The notes below the pieces were generated by a model. The model was not told where the DNA came from, made no database searches, and saw nothing but the letters and a program-made list of their open reading frames with translations. This document shows positions 62,214-64,000 of a stretch of 64,000 nt of DNA, in pieces. Origin of the DNA: Mobula hypostoma (Eukaryota); contig NC_086097.1 of the NCBI RefSeq assembly GCF_963921235.1, positions 170,006,001-170,070,000 on the forward strand. The letters are read 5' to 3'. Made by a program: the position numbers and the translations under genes. Position 1 is the stretch's first letter; every line of letters starts with the position of its first letter.

Positions 62214-63148
62214 ATGCCAGGCAGGATGTTGGAATGCTCCTCTTGCAGGATGTGGGAAGTCAGGGAGCCCTCCGGTGTCCCTGACAACGACACCTGCAAG
62301 AAGTGCATCCAGCTGCAGCTCCTGACAAACCGCGTTAGGGAACTGGAGCACGAGCTGGATGACCTATGGATCATTCGGGAGAATGAGGAGATTATAGATC
62401 GTAGCTACAGGGAGGTAGTTATGCCAAAGGAGCAGAGGACAGGAAATTGGGTCACTGTCAGGCGAGGGAAGAGGAAAGGGCAGGCAGAGCAGGGTTCCCC
62501 TGTGGCCATTCCCCTCAACAACAAGTATAACGCATTGGATACTGTTGGGGGGGATGACTTACCTGGGACTAGCTGCAGTAGCCGGATCTCTGGCACTGGG
62601 TCTGGCTCTGCAGTGCAGAAGGGAGGGGGGAAAAGAGGAGAGTGGTAGTGATAGGGGATTCGATAGTTAGAGGTGTAGATAGAAGGTTCTGTGGTCGTGA
62701 CAGAGAACCCAGGATGGTTTGTTGCCTCCCAGGTGCCAGGGTCAAGGATGTCTCTGATCGATTGCATGACATTCTGAAGTGGGAGGGTGACCAGCCAGAT
62801 GTCGTGGTGCACATCGGTACCAATGACATAGCAAGGAAGAGTGAAGAGGTCCTGGACAGTGAGTATAGAGAGCTTGGTAGGAAGTTGAAAAGCAGGACCT
62901 CAAGGGTGGTAATCTCAGGATTGCTACCTGTGCTAGGTGCCAGTGAGGGTAGGAATAGGATGCTCTGGAGGAGGAACAAGTGGCTGAGGAACTGGTGTAG
63001 GGGGCAGGGTTTCAGATTTCAGGATCATTGGGACCTCTCCTGGGGCAGGTGGGACCTGTACAAGAGAGACGGGTTACACTTGAACCACAGGGGGACCAAT
63101 ATCCTTTCAGGGAGGTTTGTTAGTGCTGTTGGGGAGGCTTTAAACTAG
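62214..63148 (+). CDS. CR1 ORF1p (zinc finger, coiled coil, SGNH/GDSL esterase) with one frameshift at ~62630
   Basis: CSSCRMW..CKKC and LTNRVRELEHELDDL, then VVIGDSIVRG, CLPGARVKDV, VHIGTNDI and DGLHLN. Confidence 0.85.
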
Positions 63149-64000
63149 ATTTGCAGGGGGATGGGAACCAGAGTGCCAGAGCTGACAGTGTGGCTGGGGT
63201 GAAAATAAATGGTATTGAAAGTTTAAGCAAATCCGCTGATAGAAAGGTTGTGAGTGGTGGTAAAAATCTTCTGAGGTGTATATATTTCAATGCTAGGAGT
63301 ATTGCGGGGAAGGCAGATGAGTTGAGGGCGTGGATTGACACGTGGAATTATGATGTTGTAGCAATTAGTGAAACTTGGCTACAGGAGGGTCAGGACTGGC
63401 AGCTTAATATTCCAGGGTTCCGATGTTTCAGATGTGATCGAGGCAGAGGAATGAAAGGTGGGGGAGTAGCATTGCTTGTTAGGGAAAATATTACAGCAGT
63501 GCTCAGGCAGGACAGATTAGAGGGCTTGTCTACTGAGTCCTTATGGGTGGAGCTGAGAAACAGGAAAGGTATGGCCACATTAGTGGGATTGTATTACAGA
63601 CCACCCAATAGTCAACGAGACTTGGAAGAGCAGATCTGCAGAGAGATAGCAAGCAACTGCAGGAAACATAAAGTTGTGGTGGTAGGGGATTTTAATTTTC
63701 CATACATTGATTGGGACTCCCATACTGTTAGGGGTCTAGATGGTTTAGAGTTTGTAAAATGTGTTCAGGAAAGTTTTCTAAATCAGTATATAGAGGGACC
63801 AACTAGAGGGGATGCAATATTGGATCTCCTGTTAGGAAACGAATTAGGGCAAGTGACAGAAGTCTGTGTAGGGGAGCACTTTGGTTCCAGTGATCATAAC
63901 ACCATTAGTTTCAATTTGATCATGGACAAGGATAGATCTGGTCCTAGGGTTGAGGTTCTGAACTGGAAGAAGGCCAAATTTGAAGAAATGAGAAAGGATC
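63139..64000 (+). CDS. CR1 ORF2p N-terminus (APE endonuclease), open to the window end; absent from the ORF track
   Basis: Frame is open from 63124 to 64000: FKLDLQGDGNQ..LRCIYFNARSIAGKADEL..VAISETW..GDFNFP..SDHN. First ATG is at 63451, inside the EN domain. Confidence 0.9.

Larger units (their letters stand above)
61905..64000 (+). mobile_element. Young CR1 LINE, 5' portion (5' UTR, ORF1, ORF2), running off the window
   Basis: CpG-rich 5' UTR. 63400-64000 is nearly identical to 32465-33065. Confidence 0.95.

Noticed and set aside
62621..62648. GGGGGGAAAA at the internal ORF1 frame break as a programmed frameshift
   Set aside because: In the zero frame it reads G_GGG_AAA, which is not X_XXY_YYZ, and the corresponding region at ~19500-19540 reads through in one frame. 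A homopolymer indel or sequencing error is more likely.

Overview
This is eukaryotic, repeat-dense vertebrate DNA, most consistent with a cartilaginous fish such as a ray or shark. That assignment is inferred only from the transposon mix: esterase-ORF1 CR1 LINEs, Rex1/Babar LINEs, V-SINEs and Penelope elements. Most of the window is layered transposon debris, including many CR1 and Rex1/Babar copies, Penelope-like elements with minimal hammerhead ribozymes, RTE, Nimb (I group), Dong/R4 and L1 fragments, Tigger/pogo and Tc1-type DNA elements, a Helitron-like 5' end and a possible solo LTR. I found no bacterial features, rRNA, tRNA or CRISPR array. Nearly all ORFs in the supplied track are retroelement pieces or their antisense shadows. 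The only credible host-gene signal is a short + strand exon at 56064-56144 encoding a signal-peptide-like N-terminus followed by a consensus GTGAGT donor. The most interesting observations are: (1) a canonical U_UUA_AAC -1 frameshift heptamer at the ORF1/ORF2 overlap of three different CR1 copies, where ORF2 has no AUG before the endonuclease; (2) intact-core minimal hammerheads; (3) the candidate exon; (4) a composite of two tiny Tc1-type MITEs bracketing about 110 bp that appears to have inserted as one unit; (5) a ~230 bp hairpin inside a deleted Tigger; and (6) a multi-level nested insertion. Family names come from my recognition of motifs, not database searches. Boundaries of degraded repeats are approximate (tens of bp).
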